Below are positions 6,579 to 15,359 of a stretch of DNA of 16,651 nucleotides, in pieces. Source of the stretch: Candidatus Omnitrophota bacterium (GTDB lineage Bacteria; Ratteibacteria; UBA8468; MWAK01). Both the position numbers and the translations under genes were made by a program. The stretch is taken from positions 1 to 16,651 of the forward strand of contig JAZDPL010000015.1 of the NCBI GenBank assembly GCA_043797665.1. Direction: 5' to 3'. The notes under the pieces were generated by a model. The model searched no databases and was not told the DNA's origin. It saw nothing but the letters and a program-made list of their open reading frames with translations. Position 1 is the stretch's first letter. Each line of letters starts with the position of its first letter.

Positions 6579-7832
6579 ATGGGTCAAACGATTGCGGAAA
6601 AGATTTTAAGCGCCAAGAGCAATCAGAAAGTTACGGCCGGTGAAATCTGCCTGGCAAAAGTTGATTTTGCTTTTGCCCAGGATGGCACCGCACCTTTAGC
6701 GATAGAAGCCTTTAAGAATCTGGGCGGTGAGAAGGTGTTATTTCCGGAAAGGTCCGCCCTCTTTATCGACCACAGCGCACCCAGTCCCAATCTGGGCGTC
6801 TCCAACCTGCACCAGATGATGCGGCGGTTTGCCGCCGAACAGGGTGTCAGGCTCTACGAGGCGGGCAGCGGTGTCTGCCATATCCTAATTTCGGAAGAGG
6901 GTTTTGTCCGCTGTGGAGGTCTGCTGGTGGGTGCGGACAGCCATACACCGACCAGCGGTGCGCTCAACAATTTTGCCACCGGTGTTGGTTCCACCGATTT
7001 GGCGGCCGCACTCATTACCGGACAGTTGTGGTTTAAGGTCCCGGAGACGATAAGAATTACGCTTAATGGTAAATTGCGGGACAGGGTTTATGCCAAAGAC
7101 GCAGCGCTGTTTATGATAAAAGAGTTGACCGCCGGCGGTGCTAATTATAAGAGTTTAGAACCAACCGGTCCGGTGGTCTCAGGTTTTTCCATAGAGAGCC
7201 GGTTTACGATTGCGAACCTGGCGATGGAGGCGGGTGCCAAAACCTGCCTCTTTGAACCGGACGAAAAAACTTTTGCCTGGCTGGAAGAGCATAATGTGGA
7301 GAAGAAAGATGGTCAGCCGGTCTTCTCTGACCCGGATGCGGAGCGTAAAGAGATGGTCTTTGACCTTTCCGAATTGGAACCCCAGGTGTCCGCTCCCCAT
7401 CAGGTTGATAATGTCTATCCGGTAACCGGAAAAGCCGGAATAAAAATTGACCAGGCTTTTATTGGAACCTGTACCAACGGAAGGTTGGAGGACCTGCGTG
7501 TCGCCAACCAGATTATAGGCAAACGCAAGATTTACCCGAAATGCCGGCTGATAATTGCACCGGGCAGCCGCAGGATTCTGATGTCTGCCCTCAGGGAGGG
7601 GATTCTTCAGAACCTTATGGACTCTGGTGCGATACTGGTTACGCCGGGCTGTGGTCCCTGTGTGGGTACGCACAACGGCGTTCCGGCTGATGGCGAAAGG
7701 GTGCTCTCTACCGCCAACCGTAATTTCCGGGGCAGAATGGGTAATCCCGCCGCGGAGATTTATCTGGCATCACCGGCTACCGTGGCAGCCAGCGCGGTTG
7801 CCGGCGAAATTACCGACCCGCGGGAAATATAG
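6579..7832 (+). CDS. leuC: Aconitase-family large subunit (3-isopropylmalate dehydratase LeuC type 2 / homoaconitase HacA-like)
   Basis: GQTIAEKIL, QDGT, DH, GADSHT, IGTCTNGR, PGCGPC (three Fe-S Cys), STANRNF.GRMG and YLASP motifs. Substrate is uncertain. Confidence 0.85.
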   Translation: MGQTIAEKILSAKSNQKVTAGEICLAKVDFAFAQDGTAPLAIEAFKNLGGEKVLFPERSALFIDHSAPSPNLGVSNLHQMMRRFAAEQGVRLYEAGSGVCHILISEEGFVRCGGLLVGADSHTPTSGALNNFATGVGSTDLAAALITGQLWFKVPETIRITLNGKLRDRVYAKDAALFMIKELTAGGANYKSLEPTGPVVSGFSIESRFTIANLAMEAGAKTCLFEPDEKTFAWLEEHNVEKKDGQPVFSDPDAERKEMVFDLSELEPQVSAPHQVDNVYPVTGKAGIKIDQAFIGTCTNGRLEDLRVANQIIGKRKIYPKCRLIIAPGSRRILMSALREGILQNLMDSGAILVTPGCGPCVGTHNGVPADGERVLSTANRNFRGRMGNPAAEIYLASPATVAASAVAGEITDPREI

Positions 7833-7873
7833 TAGACAGTATATAGGGATAATAACTTCAGTGAATCACGTAT

Positions 7874-7947
7874 GTCATTCCGGCGTGCCTGTAGCCGGAA
7901 TCCAGTTGTTAAATACGAGATTCCCGCTAAGGACATGCGGGAATGAC
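7874..7947. repeat. Family A REP doublet
   Basis: GTCATTCCGGCGTGCCTGTAGCCGGAATCC...GATTCCCGCTAAGGACATGCGGGAATGAC. Confidence 0.85.
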
Positions 7948-7963
7948 AACGAGAGGGACAGAG

Positions 7964-9634
7964 ATGACCGGTGCGCAGATAGTAATTGAGGCTTTAAAGA
8001 AGGAAGGGGTGGAGTTTCTGCCGGGAATTCCCGGCGGTGTGGTCCTGCCTTTTTTTGATGCTTTTTACCACCAGAAAGATATCAGGTTTATTCTTGTCCG
8101 GCACGAACAGGCCGCGGCCCATATCGCCGATGGTTATGCCCGGGCGACCGGAAAGGTCGGTGTCTGTATCGCCACCAGCGGTCCGGGGGCTACCAACCTG
8201 GTTACCGGTTTAGCCACCGCCTATATGGATTCAATTCCTATGGTCGCGATAACCGGCCAGGCAGCCACCCCGTTAATCGGGAACGATGCCTTTCAGGAGG
8301 TTGATACCACCGGCATCACCCGTCCCATCACCAAAAATAATTATCTGGTAAAGGACGTCCGTAATTTAGCCGATACAATCAAAGAGGCTTTTTATGTTGC
8401 CTCTTCCGGCCGGCCGGGTCCGGTACTCATTGACCTGCCCAGCGATGTCCAGCGGGCTGAGGCCGAATTTTCTTATCCGGAGAAGATTGAGATGCGGACC
8501 TACAAGCCTATCCGGGAGGGCCATCCTTTGCAGATTAAAAAGGCAGCCGAACTGCTTTCTTCTTCCGTGCGTCCGGTAATCTTTGCCGGCGGGGGTGTGG
8601 CGCGGAGCCAGGCGAGTGCAGAACTGGTTGCCCTGGCACACAAGACCCAAATACCGGTGGTCCTTACCCTGATGGGATTGGGAACGTTTCCGGCCGACGA
8701 CCCGCTCTTTACCGGGATGGTGGGTATGCATGGGCCCAAGTATGCCAATTACACCATAATGGAGTCAGACCTAATTCTGGCGATTGGCGTCCGTTTTGAC
8801 GACCGGGTAACCGGAAAGGTAAATGCTTTTGCGCCCCACGCCAAGATTATCCATATAGATGTTGACCCGGCCTCCATCAGTAAAAATGTCCCGGTTGACG
8901 TGCCGATTGTGGGTGACGTGAAAGCGGTGCTTTCCCAGATGCTCCCTCTGATTACTCCACCCGACTGCGAAAAGTGGCGGGAAAGGATAGAATCCTGGAA
9001 GAATAAGTATCCGCTTACCTATCAGAAGGACGATAAACTCCGTCCCCAGTTTGTCATTGAAGAGGTTCACCGTCTTACCAAAGGTGAGGCAATCATCGCT
9101 ACCGAAGTAGGACAGAATCAGATGTGGGTCGCCCAGTTTTACCGGTTTAACCACCCGAATTCCCTGCTCAGTTCCGGAGGTTTGGGCACGATGGGTTATG
9201 GGTTCCCGGCCGCCATCGGCGCCAAATTGGGTTGCCCGGACCGCATCGTCTTTGACATCGCGGGTGACGGAAGTTTCCAGATGAACATCCAGGAGTTGAC
9301 GACCGCGACCATTAACCACATTCCGGTTAAGGTGGCGATTCTTAATAACGGTTACCTGGGTATGGTACGGCAGTGGCAGGAACTGTTCTACGGCAAACGG
9401 TACTCCGGGACCTACTTAGGTCCCTGCCCGGACTTTGCCCGGATTGCGGAAGCCTTTGGCGCCAAGGGTAAAAAGGTGACTAAACCGGAAGAGGTGGAGC
9501 CCGCTTTGAAAGAAGCGCTTAAGGAGAAGGAAGTTCCTTTTGTTCTTGACTTCCGGATTGAGCAGGAGGAGAACGTTTTTCCGATTGTGCCGGCCGGAGC
9601 ATCTCTGGACGAAATGATTGCCGGTCTGGCGTGA
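7964..9634 (+). CDS. ilvB: Acetolactate synthase large subunit, biosynthetic type
   Basis: MTGAQIV, RHEQAAAH.ADGYAR, TSGPGATN, FDDRVTG, GLGTMG and the ThDP motif GDGSFQMN...NNGYLGMVRQWQ. Confidence 0.96.
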   Translation: MTGAQIVIEALKKEGVEFLPGIPGGVVLPFFDAFYHQKDIRFILVRHEQAAAHIADGYARATGKVGVCIATSGPGATNLVTGLATAYMDSIPMVAITGQAATPLIGNDAFQEVDTTGITRPITKNNYLVKDVRNLADTIKEAFYVASSGRPGPVLIDLPSDVQRAEAEFSYPEKIEMRTYKPIREGHPLQIKKAAELLSSSVRPVIFAGGGVARSQASAELVALAHKTQIPVVLTLMGLGTFPADDPLFTGMVGMHGPKYANYTIMESDLILAIGVRFDDRVTGKVNAFAPHAKIIHIDVDPASISKNVPVDVPIVGDVKAVLSQMLPLITPPDCEKWRERIESWKNKYPLTYQKDDKLRPQFVIEEVHRLTKGEAIIATEVGQNQMWVAQFYRFNHPNSLLSSGGLGTMGYGFPAAIGAKLGCPDRIVFDIAGDGSFQMNIQELTTATINHIPVKVAILNNGYLGMVRQWQELFYGKRYSGTYLGPCPDFARIAEAFGAKGKKVTKPEEVEPALKEALKEKEVPFVLDFRIEQEENVFPIVPAGASLDEMIAGLA

Positions 9635-9637
9635 TGA

Positions 9638-9681
9638 AATCCCCCTCAATCCCCCTTTTGCAAAAGGGGAGAAGGGGGATT
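9638..9681. repeat. C/G-run palindrome (family D) between ilvB and ilvN
   Basis: AATCCCCCTCAATCCCCCTTTTGCAAAAGGGGAGAAGGGGGATT. Confidence 0.7.
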
Positions 9682-9689
9682 AGAGGGTT

Positions 9690-10166
9690 ATGGAAGAGCA
9701 TTTAGTCACTCTGACGGTGGAGAACCGGTTTGGAATGTTAGCCCGGATAGCCGGTCTTTTTTCTGCCCGCGGTTACAACATCAATAGTCTGGTGGTGGCA
9801 CCGACCGAAGATTCCGTGGTAAGCCGGATGGTTCTTACGGTTACCGGTGATGAGCGGATTATTGAACAAATCATCAAGCAACTGAACAAACTGATTGGCG
9901 TCATCAAAGTGGTTGATTTATGCGAAGGGAAATACCTGGAACGGGAGTTGCTTCTGACCAAGGTGAGCCTTAGTAACCAGAACCGTTTTGAGGTTCTGCA
10001 TTTAACCGAACTTTTTGGCGGGAAGGTGTCTGACCTTTCCAAAAAGGAGTTGACCGTGGAACTGGTCGGTGAAAGCCAGAAGGTGGATGGATTTCTGGAA
10101 CTGATGCGTTCTTACGGTGTGAAAGAAATGGTGCGCACCGGCAAGGTCGCCCTCAGCCGGGAATAA
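9690..10166 (+). CDS. ilvN: Acetolactate synthase small (regulatory) subunit
   Basis: ACT domain [36 protein letters not shown] and EMVRTG; lies between ilvB and ilvC. Confidence 0.96.
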   Translation: MEEHLVTLTVENRFGMLARIAGLFSARGYNINSLVVAPTEDSVVSRMVLTVTGDERIIEQIIKQLNKLIGVIKVVDLCEGKYLERELLLTKVSLSNQNRFEVLHLTELFGGKVSDLSKKELTVELVGESQKVDGFLELMRSYGVKEMVRTGKVALSRE

Positions 10167-10185
10167 CCATACATAAGTTAAAGAT

Positions 10186-10273
10186 GTCATTCCTGTATGT
10201 AGTAAACAGGAATCCAGACGTTGTCCCTGCATGTTTTAGGCAGGGATTCCCGCTTGAAACATGCGGGAATGAC
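10186..10273. repeat. Family A REP doublet with a nested 27-bp-element-like hairpin (10220-10246)
   Basis: GTCATTCCTGTATGTAGTAAACAGGAATCC-AGAC-GTTGTCCCTGCATGTTTTAGGCAGGGA-TTCCCGCTTGAAACATGCGGGAATGAC. Confidence 0.85.
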
Positions 10274-10288
10274 AAAATGGGAGGAGAG

Positions 10289-11287
10289 ATGGCGAGGATA
10301 TTTTACGATAAGGATGCGGATTTAAAGGTTGTGAAGAGCAAAAAGGTGGCGATTATCGGCTACGGAATTCAGGGCCGGGCGCACAGCCTGAACCTGCGGG
10401 ATTCCGGAGTTAAGGTTGTGGCAGCAGAACTGCCGGGAACCCCAAATTACGAAAAGGCGACCGAGGACGGGTTTAAGCCAATTTCCGCGAAAGAGGCAAC
10501 TTCTGTTGCGGATATTATTATGATGCTGGTTCAGGATAATCTTCAGCCGGATGTCTATCGGTCTGAGGTTCTGCCCGGCTTGAAAAAAGGTAAGGCTTTA
10601 GGTTTTGCCCACGGTTTCTCCATCGTCTTCCACCAGATTGTTCCACCCAAAGATGTAGACGTCTTTATGGTGGCGCCAAAGGGTCCCGGCGGTCTGGTCC
10701 GGGATATGTTTGTCCAGGGCAAAGGCGTGCCCTGTCTGGTAGCGGTGGAGGAGGAGTTTACCGGACAGGCTTTGAAGATAGCCCTCTCTTACGCCAAAGC
10801 GATCGGCGGCAGCAGGTCCGGTATTATTGAAACGACCTTTAAAGAAGAGACCGAGACCGACCTTTTTGGAGAACAGACCGTATTGTGCGGTGGGGTGTCC
10901 GCGCTCATCAAAGCCGGCTTTGAAACGCTGGTGGAGGCAGGATACCAGCCGGAGGTTGCTTACTACGAGACCTGCCACGAACTGAAGTTAATCGTAGACT
11001 TGATTAACGAACGGGGCATCACCGGCATGCGCAAAGGGGTCAGTGACACTGCAGAATACGGGGACATAACCCGTGGTCCCCGGGTGATTGACCAGCATGT
11101 AAAGGACCAGATGCGCAAAATACTGACTGAGATTCAGACCGGCGAGTTTGCCCGGGAATGGATTTTGGAGAATAAGGTAGGACGGCCGGTCTATCATGCC
11201 GTAGGTAAAAAGGACGAAGTCCATCAGATTGAAATTGTGGGCAAGAAACTGCGGGGAATGATGGCCTGGTTGAAGAAGGGGGATTAG
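10289..11287 (+). CDS. ilvC: Ketol-acid reductoisomerase (class I)
   Basis: [46 protein letters not shown] and SDTAEYGD motifs. GGGAGGAG RBS before ATG 10289. Confidence 0.97.
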   Translation: MARIFYDKDADLKVVKSKKVAIIGYGIQGRAHSLNLRDSGVKVVAAELPGTPNYEKATEDGFKPISAKEATSVADIIMMLVQDNLQPDVYRSEVLPGLKKGKALGFAHGFSIVFHQIVPPKDVDVFMVAPKGPGGLVRDMFVQGKGVPCLVAVEEEFTGQALKIALSYAKAIGGSRSGIIETTFKEETETDLFGEQTVLCGGVSALIKAGFETLVEAGYQPEVAYYETCHELKLIVDLINERGITGMRKGVSDTAEYGDITRGPRVIDQHVKDQMRKILTEIQTGEFAREWILENKVGRPVYHAVGKKDEVHQIEIVGKKLRGMMAWLKKGD

Positions 11288-11301
11288 AAAAGAGGTGGGG
11301 G

Positions 11302-11904
11302 GTGATGCGGTTATTCTTCAGTATCGCGGTTCCGGAAAGTATTGGCCGGGAGATTGCCGCCGAACAGTCAAAATCCTGCCCCGGCATGCCTAAAGCCGGG
11401 GTTAACGAACCTTCTCTTCATTGGGTCACTCCGGAGAACCAGCACTTTACCCTCCGGTTTCTAGGTGATGTGGAGGAAGCCAGACACAGTCTGTTGATTA
11501 ACGCAGGTCAAAAGGCGGCAGAAAAACATAGTCCATTTTCAGTACAGATTTCTGATTCAGGTTTCTTTCCCGGGAAGGGCGACCCCCGGGTCTTCTGGAT
11601 TGGGGTGACAGAGGGAGCCGATAGTCTGACCGTTTTATCCCGGGTTTTGTCAGATGTTCTGAAAGAAGCCGGTTTCCCTCCGGAAGAGAGGCCCTTTATA
11701 CCCCATCTTACCATAGCCCGGATTAAACAAAAACTTCCGGAAGAGAGACTGCAGAGGTTGGTGGCTGCCTGGAAAGAGAAAGTTTTCGTTCCTTTTACGG
11801 TGACGGAATTCTTTCTGATGGAGTCAAAACTACTTCCGGCCGGTCTGATTTACCGGAAAATAGAAGCATTTCCCCTGTTATCATGTCATTCCCGCATGCC
11901 CTAA
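11302..11904 (+). CDS. thpR: RNA 2',3'-cyclic phosphodiesterase (2H family, LigT/ThpR) with a 9-aa repeat-derived insert
   Basis: MRLFFSI start, two HxT motifs ([15 protein letters not shown]) and PRVFW; lies upstream of recA. The start may be ATG 11305. Confidence 0.92.
   Translation: MMRLFFSIAVPESIGREIAAEQSKSCPGMPKAGVNEPSLHWVTPENQHFTLRFLGDVEEARHSLLINAGQKAAEKHSPFSVQISDSGFFPGKGDPRVFWIGVTEGADSLTVLSRVLSDVLKEAGFPPEERPFIPHLTIARIKQKLPEERLQRLVAAWKEKVFVPFTVTEFFLMESKLLPAGLIYRKIEAFPLLSCHSRMP
11375..11401 (+). repeat. 27-bp intragenic hairpin element, copy 2 (in thpR)
   Basis: CCTGCCCCGGCATGCCTAAAGCCGGGG. Confidence 0.8.
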
Positions 11905-11914
11905 GCGGGAATCT
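11885..11914 (+). repeat. Family A REP single unit overlapping the thpR stop codon
   Basis: GTCATTCCCGCATGCCCTAAGCGGGAATCT. Confidence 0.8.
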
Positions 11915-11926
11915 ATGGAGGTATTT

Positions 11927-12931
11927 ATGGATGAGAAAACTAAAGGTGGTTTAGCCGAAGCGATAAAAGAGATTGAAAAGACGTTCGGCAAAGGTGCGAT
12001 TATGCGATTAGGGGAGCGTGTCCACGAAAAGATTGCGGTAATTTCTACCGGGGCTTTAACCCTGGACTATGCGTTAGGTGTAGGTGGTATTCCCCGGGGC
12101 AGGGTTAGCGAAATCTTTGGCCCGGAATCTTCCGGAAAGACCACCTTAGCCCTCCATATTGTTGCGGAAGCCCAGAGGACGGGTGGCCAGGCGGCCTTTA
12201 TTGACGCCGAGCATGCCCTGGACCCGGACTATGCCAAAAAATTAGGGGTGAATACCGAAGAATTACTTCTCTCCCAGCCTGACTCCGGAGAGCAGGCGCT
12301 GGAGATTGCGGACCGGCTGATTCGGAGTAACGAGATTGATGTGGTGGTAATCGATTCCGTGGCGGCCCTGGTTCCCCGGGCAGAATTGGAAGGTGCGATG
12401 GGTGACAGCGTGATGGGTCTGCAGGCACGGTTGATGAGTCAGGCTTTAAGAAAACTGACCGGTGTCATTAACCGCACCAAGACCTCAGCCATTTTCCTTA
12501 ACCAGTTGCGCGAAAAGATCGGCGTTTTCTTCGGAAATCCGGAGACCACCCCCGGCGGCCGGGCGCTTAAGTTCTACACCAGCGTTCGTCTTGATATCCG
12601 GAGAATCGGTGCCATTGAGGGCGAAAAAAATACCAAAGGCGACAAAAACCTGATCGGTAACCATACCCGGGTAAAAGTAGTCAAAAATAAAGTAGCCCCT
12701 CCGTTCAAAGAGGCGCTCTTTGACATCTACTATAACGAAGGAATTTCAAAAGAGAACTGCATTCTGGACCTGGGACTGGAAAATAAATTTTTAGAGAAGA
12801 AAGGCAATTCCTTATACTACGGCACCCAGAATATCGGGGTGGGCCGGGACCAGGCGCGCGCCTACCTGAAAGAAAATCCGGAAGTAAGGAATAAAATCGA
12901 AGCCGATTTGAGGGCCCAACTATTCACATGA
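11927..12931 (+). CDS. recA: Recombinase A
   Basis: [10 protein letters not shown], Walker [41 protein letters not shown] and [19 protein letters not shown] before ATG 11927. Confidence 0.99.
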   Translation: MDEKTKGGLAEAIKEIEKTFGKGAIMRLGERVHEKIAVISTGALTLDYALGVGGIPRGRVSEIFGPESSGKTTLALHIVAEAQRTGGQAAFIDAEHALDPDYAKKLGVNTEELLLSQPDSGEQALEIADRLIRSNEIDVVVIDSVAALVPRAELEGAMGDSVMGLQARLMSQALRKLTGVINRTKTSAIFLNQLREKIGVFFGNPETTPGGRALKFYTSVRLDIRRIGAIEGEKNTKGDKNLIGNHTRVKVVKNKVAPPFKEALFDIYYNEGISKENCILDLGLENKFLEKKGNSLYYGTQNIGVGRDQARAYLKENPEVRNKIEADLRAQLFT

Positions 12932-13011
12932 GTAGCGGTGCGATTTATCGCACCTGTAGGGCAAGGCTTTAGCCTTGCAAAAAATTGTAGGGGTCGGATT
13001 TATCCGACCCG
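12932..13011 (+). repeat. Tandem cluster of three GTAG-type REPs
   Basis: GTAGCGGTGCGATTTATCGCACC (12932), GTAGGGCAAGGCTTTAGCCTTGC (12956) and GTAGGGGTCGGATTTATCCGACCCG (12987). Confidence 0.85.
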
Positions 13012-13039
13012 AAAAAGTAGCCTGCCTCAGGAGGTTTTT

Positions 13040-14491
13040 ATGGACAAAAAGCGGATTGGCTGGAGAATCGGTTTAGCGATTTTAGCGGTGGCGGTCTTGT
13101 CTTTCTGGGGAGGCAAGGCCTTAGCCCAGAAACAGTCTGAAAAAAGCAAAGGCTCTGTTCCTCTTACCCTAAGCCCGGAGGTTACTTCTTTAGAAGAGGC
13201 GTTTATCCGGGTGGCCGAAACGGTAAAGCCGGCGGTGGTTAACATCAGTACCACCCAGAAGGTAGCGATGCGCAGTCCGTTCGAGGACTTTTTTGACGAC
13301 CCGTTCTTCAAAAGGTTCTTTGGCGATAACCAGCCGGAACGTCCCCGCGAGTACCTTCAGCAGTCTTTGGGAAGCGGAGTGATTGTTTCCGCTGACGGGT
13401 ATATTCTCACCAATAATCATGTGGTAAAAGACGCGGCGGAAGTTAAAGTTAAACTTCTTGACGGCCGGGAGTTGAAGGCAAAGGTTAAGGGCCAGGATTC
13501 CAAGACCGATTTGGCTCTTCTGAAGATAGATGCAGACAACCTGCCCTACGCGGTCTTCGGGGACTCTGCGCAAATTAAGGTCGGTCAGTCGGTAATGGCG
13601 ATCGGTAACCCCTTTGGCCTGGAGGGTACGGTTACGGTGGGTGTCGTCAGCGCCAAAGGAAGACATCTGGGAATGAACCCGATTGAGAGTTTTATTCAGA
13701 CCGACGCTTCCATCAATCCCGGTAACAGCGGCGGTCCTCTGGTTACTTTGCGGGGAGAGGTAATCGGTATCAATACCGCAATCGTAGCCAGCGGGCAGGG
13801 AATCGGGTTTGCCATACCTTCAAATATGGCGCGCAACGTCTTTGAGCAAATTCAGACCACCGGTAAAGTAGTACGGGGCTGGTTGGGCGTTTCCGTTCAG
13901 CCCATTGACCCGGAGATGGCAAAACAGTTCGGATTAAAGGAGACGGCCGGTGTTCTGGTTGCCAACGTCTTCGAGAAAACACCCGCGGAGAAGGCCGGTT
14001 TGAAGCCGGGTGATATAATTACCGGTGTAGATGATACTCCGGTTCAGACCACCGATGAACTGCAGAACAAGATTGGCAGTATTAAACCCGGCCAGACCGT
14101 TACCCTGACGGTCATCCGCGACAATAAACAGATATCAATTAAGGTCCAGTTAAGTGAACAGCCGGCCAGGTTGACCGAAGAGGGTTTACCCTCCGGCGAA
14201 GAGAAAGAATGGCGGGGGATTAAGGTCACCGAGGTAACTCCGGAGATGGCAAAAGAAATAGGGCTTCCTTTCGCAATCGGCGTGATTGTTATCGAAGTCA
14301 GTCCTGAGAGCCCGGCTGCCGGGAAGATAATGCCCAAAAGTGTGCTTGTTGAGGTTAACCGGCAAGCCATAAATAACCTTGCCGAATTTTCCCAGGTTGT
14401 TGAGTCTATATCTGACGAGAGCCCGGCGATGGTCCGGGTTTACATCCAGCGCGGATATTTCTACTTCATCATCCCCGGCGTCAGTAAATAG
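13040..14491 (+). CDS. degP: HtrA/DegP/DegQ serine protease with signal peptide and two PDZ domains
   Basis: AGGAGG RBS, N-terminal signal-like segment, catalytic triad motifs TNNHVV / DLALL / INPGNSGGPL, and RGWLGV PDZ entry. Confidence 0.93.
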   Translation: MDKKRIGWRIGLAILAVAVLSFWGGKALAQKQSEKSKGSVPLTLSPEVTSLEEAFIRVAETVKPAVVNISTTQKVAMRSPFEDFFDDPFFKRFFGDNQPERPREYLQQSLGSGVIVSADGYILTNNHVVKDAAEVKVKLLDGRELKAKVKGQDSKTDLALLKIDADNLPYAVFGDSAQIKVGQSVMAIGNPFGLEGTVTVGVVSAKGRHLGMNPIESFIQTDASINPGNSGGPLVTLRGEVIGINTAIVASGQGIGFAIPSNMARNVFEQIQTTGKVVRGWLGVSVQPIDPEMAKQFGLKETAGVLVANVFEKTPAEKAGLKPGDIITGVDDTPVQTTDELQNKIGSIKPGQTVTLTVIRDNKQISIKVQLSEQPARLTEEGLPSGEEKEWRGIKVTEVTPEMAKEIGLPFAIGVIVIEVSPESPAAGKIMPKSVLVEVNRQAINNLAEFSQVVESISDESPAMVRVYIQRGYFYFIIPGVSK

Positions 14492-14494
14492 GTT

Positions 14495-14586
14495 GTCATT
14501 CTGAGCGCAGCGAAGAATCTAATCTTTGAGATTCTTCACGTTGTTCAGAATGACAGATAGGTGGTAGCCGCAGGCTTCAGCCTGCG
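14495..14586. repeat. Family B REP doublet (14495-14554) plus GTAG REP (14564-14586) between convergent genes
   Basis: GTCATTCTGAGCGCAGCGAAGAATCT...GAGATTCTTC...TTCAGAATGAC, then GTAGCCGCAGGCTTCAGCCTGCG. Confidence 0.85.
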
Positions 14587-14587
14587 T

Positions 14588-15220
14588 TTAAAACTCAATC
14601 TGGTTCCTTAACCTTACGCACCGGTAAAGATTGATTGCTTCATGCATTGTCTGGAGGGTATTTTTCAGTACCAGTTTTATCCCCACCGCGTAGACCGTAT
14701 CGCCACCTGAAGCCAGGACAGTACCTTCGGGATTTTTGTAGTAATAAAAGTTAGTGTCGGCTGATATAGACTCCCGGAATACTTCCAACCGTTTATCACT
14801 TGCCCATCCTGGTTTCAGGTCAAAACCACTGTTATTGATGGGAGGAATAATTTTTGCATACCCGATAGAACCATTCCCGGCGCCGGAGATGTAATAATAT
14901 GTAATGTTTAAGTCTCCATTTTTACTTTGAAAAATTAAGGTATCAGGAGTAGTGTTAGCATTTAAAGTAAAAGGTTTTGCGCAGATCAGCCCTTCCTCCC
15001 GATTATTACCCGGTCCGTAAACGATAGTATTCATAAGGTACATCCCAAAATTCGTGGCGTCACCGCCCCCGCGCACCAACTTATGGATGGTGGTCGCCCG
15101 GCCAAAGATAATCGCTAAAAGGGAGAAGATAAAAACCATTATCGCGGATGCGGTCAGCATCTCCACCAGCGTAAACCCCTGCTTAAAACATGCAGGGGCA
15201 GGCCCCCCTCTGTCATTCAT
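14588..15220 (-). CDS. Type IV minor pilin / pseudopilin (PilW/GspJ-like position) with N-methylation motif
   Basis: Likely start ATG 15220 (MNDRGG...KQG|FTLVEML followed by a hydrophobic helix), with Glu at +5. Confidence 0.82.
   Translation of the reverse strand: MNDRGGPAPACFKQGFTLVEMLTASAIMVFIFSLLAIIFGRATTIHKLVRGGGDATNFGMYLMNTIVYGPGNNREEGLICAKPFTLNANTTPDTLIFQSKNGDLNITYYYISGAGNGSIGYAKIIPPINNSGFDLKPGWASDKRLEVFRESISADTNFYYYKNPEGTVLASGGDTVYAVGIKLVLKNTLQTMHEAINLYRCVRLRNQIEF
15176..15202 (-). repeat. 27-bp intragenic hairpin element, copy 3 (in a prepilin leader)
   Basis: Reverse complement CCTGCCCCTGCATGTTTTAAGCAGGGG, one mismatch to copy 1; encodes PAPACFKQG. Confidence 0.85.
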
Positions 15221-15259
15221 CGGTTTTCCCTGTCTGCTATTATACTGTCTGTTGAAATG

Positions 15260-15358
15260 GTAGTCGCAGGCTTTAGCCTGCGTGATGTCGTTGCGAGCGA
15301 CCAAAGTAGTCGCAGGCTTTAGCCTGCGTTTAAAACGCAACCTAAAGGTTGCGACTAC
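15260..15358. repeat. GTAG REP cluster: a single unit plus an inverted pair (REPIN/BIME-like)
   Basis: GTAGTCGCAGGCTTTAGCCTGCG at 15260 and 15306 (identical), and inverted CGCAACCTAAAGGTTGCGACTAC at 15336-15358. Confidence 0.88.
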
Positions 15359-15359
15359 C

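Noticed and set aside
11905..11926. LexA/SOS box upstream of recA
   Set aside because: The gap is occupied by a REP and the RBS; no recognisable box.
7179..14370. Many 60-180 aa antisense ORFs inside leuC, ilvB, ilvN, ilvC, thpR, recA and degP
   Set aside because: They overlap well-supported genes and show no motifs; typical shadow ORFs.
15260..15358. CRISPR array (two identical 23-bp repeats)
   Set aside because: Only two direct copies plus an inverted variant, with GTAG REP architecture and no cas genes.
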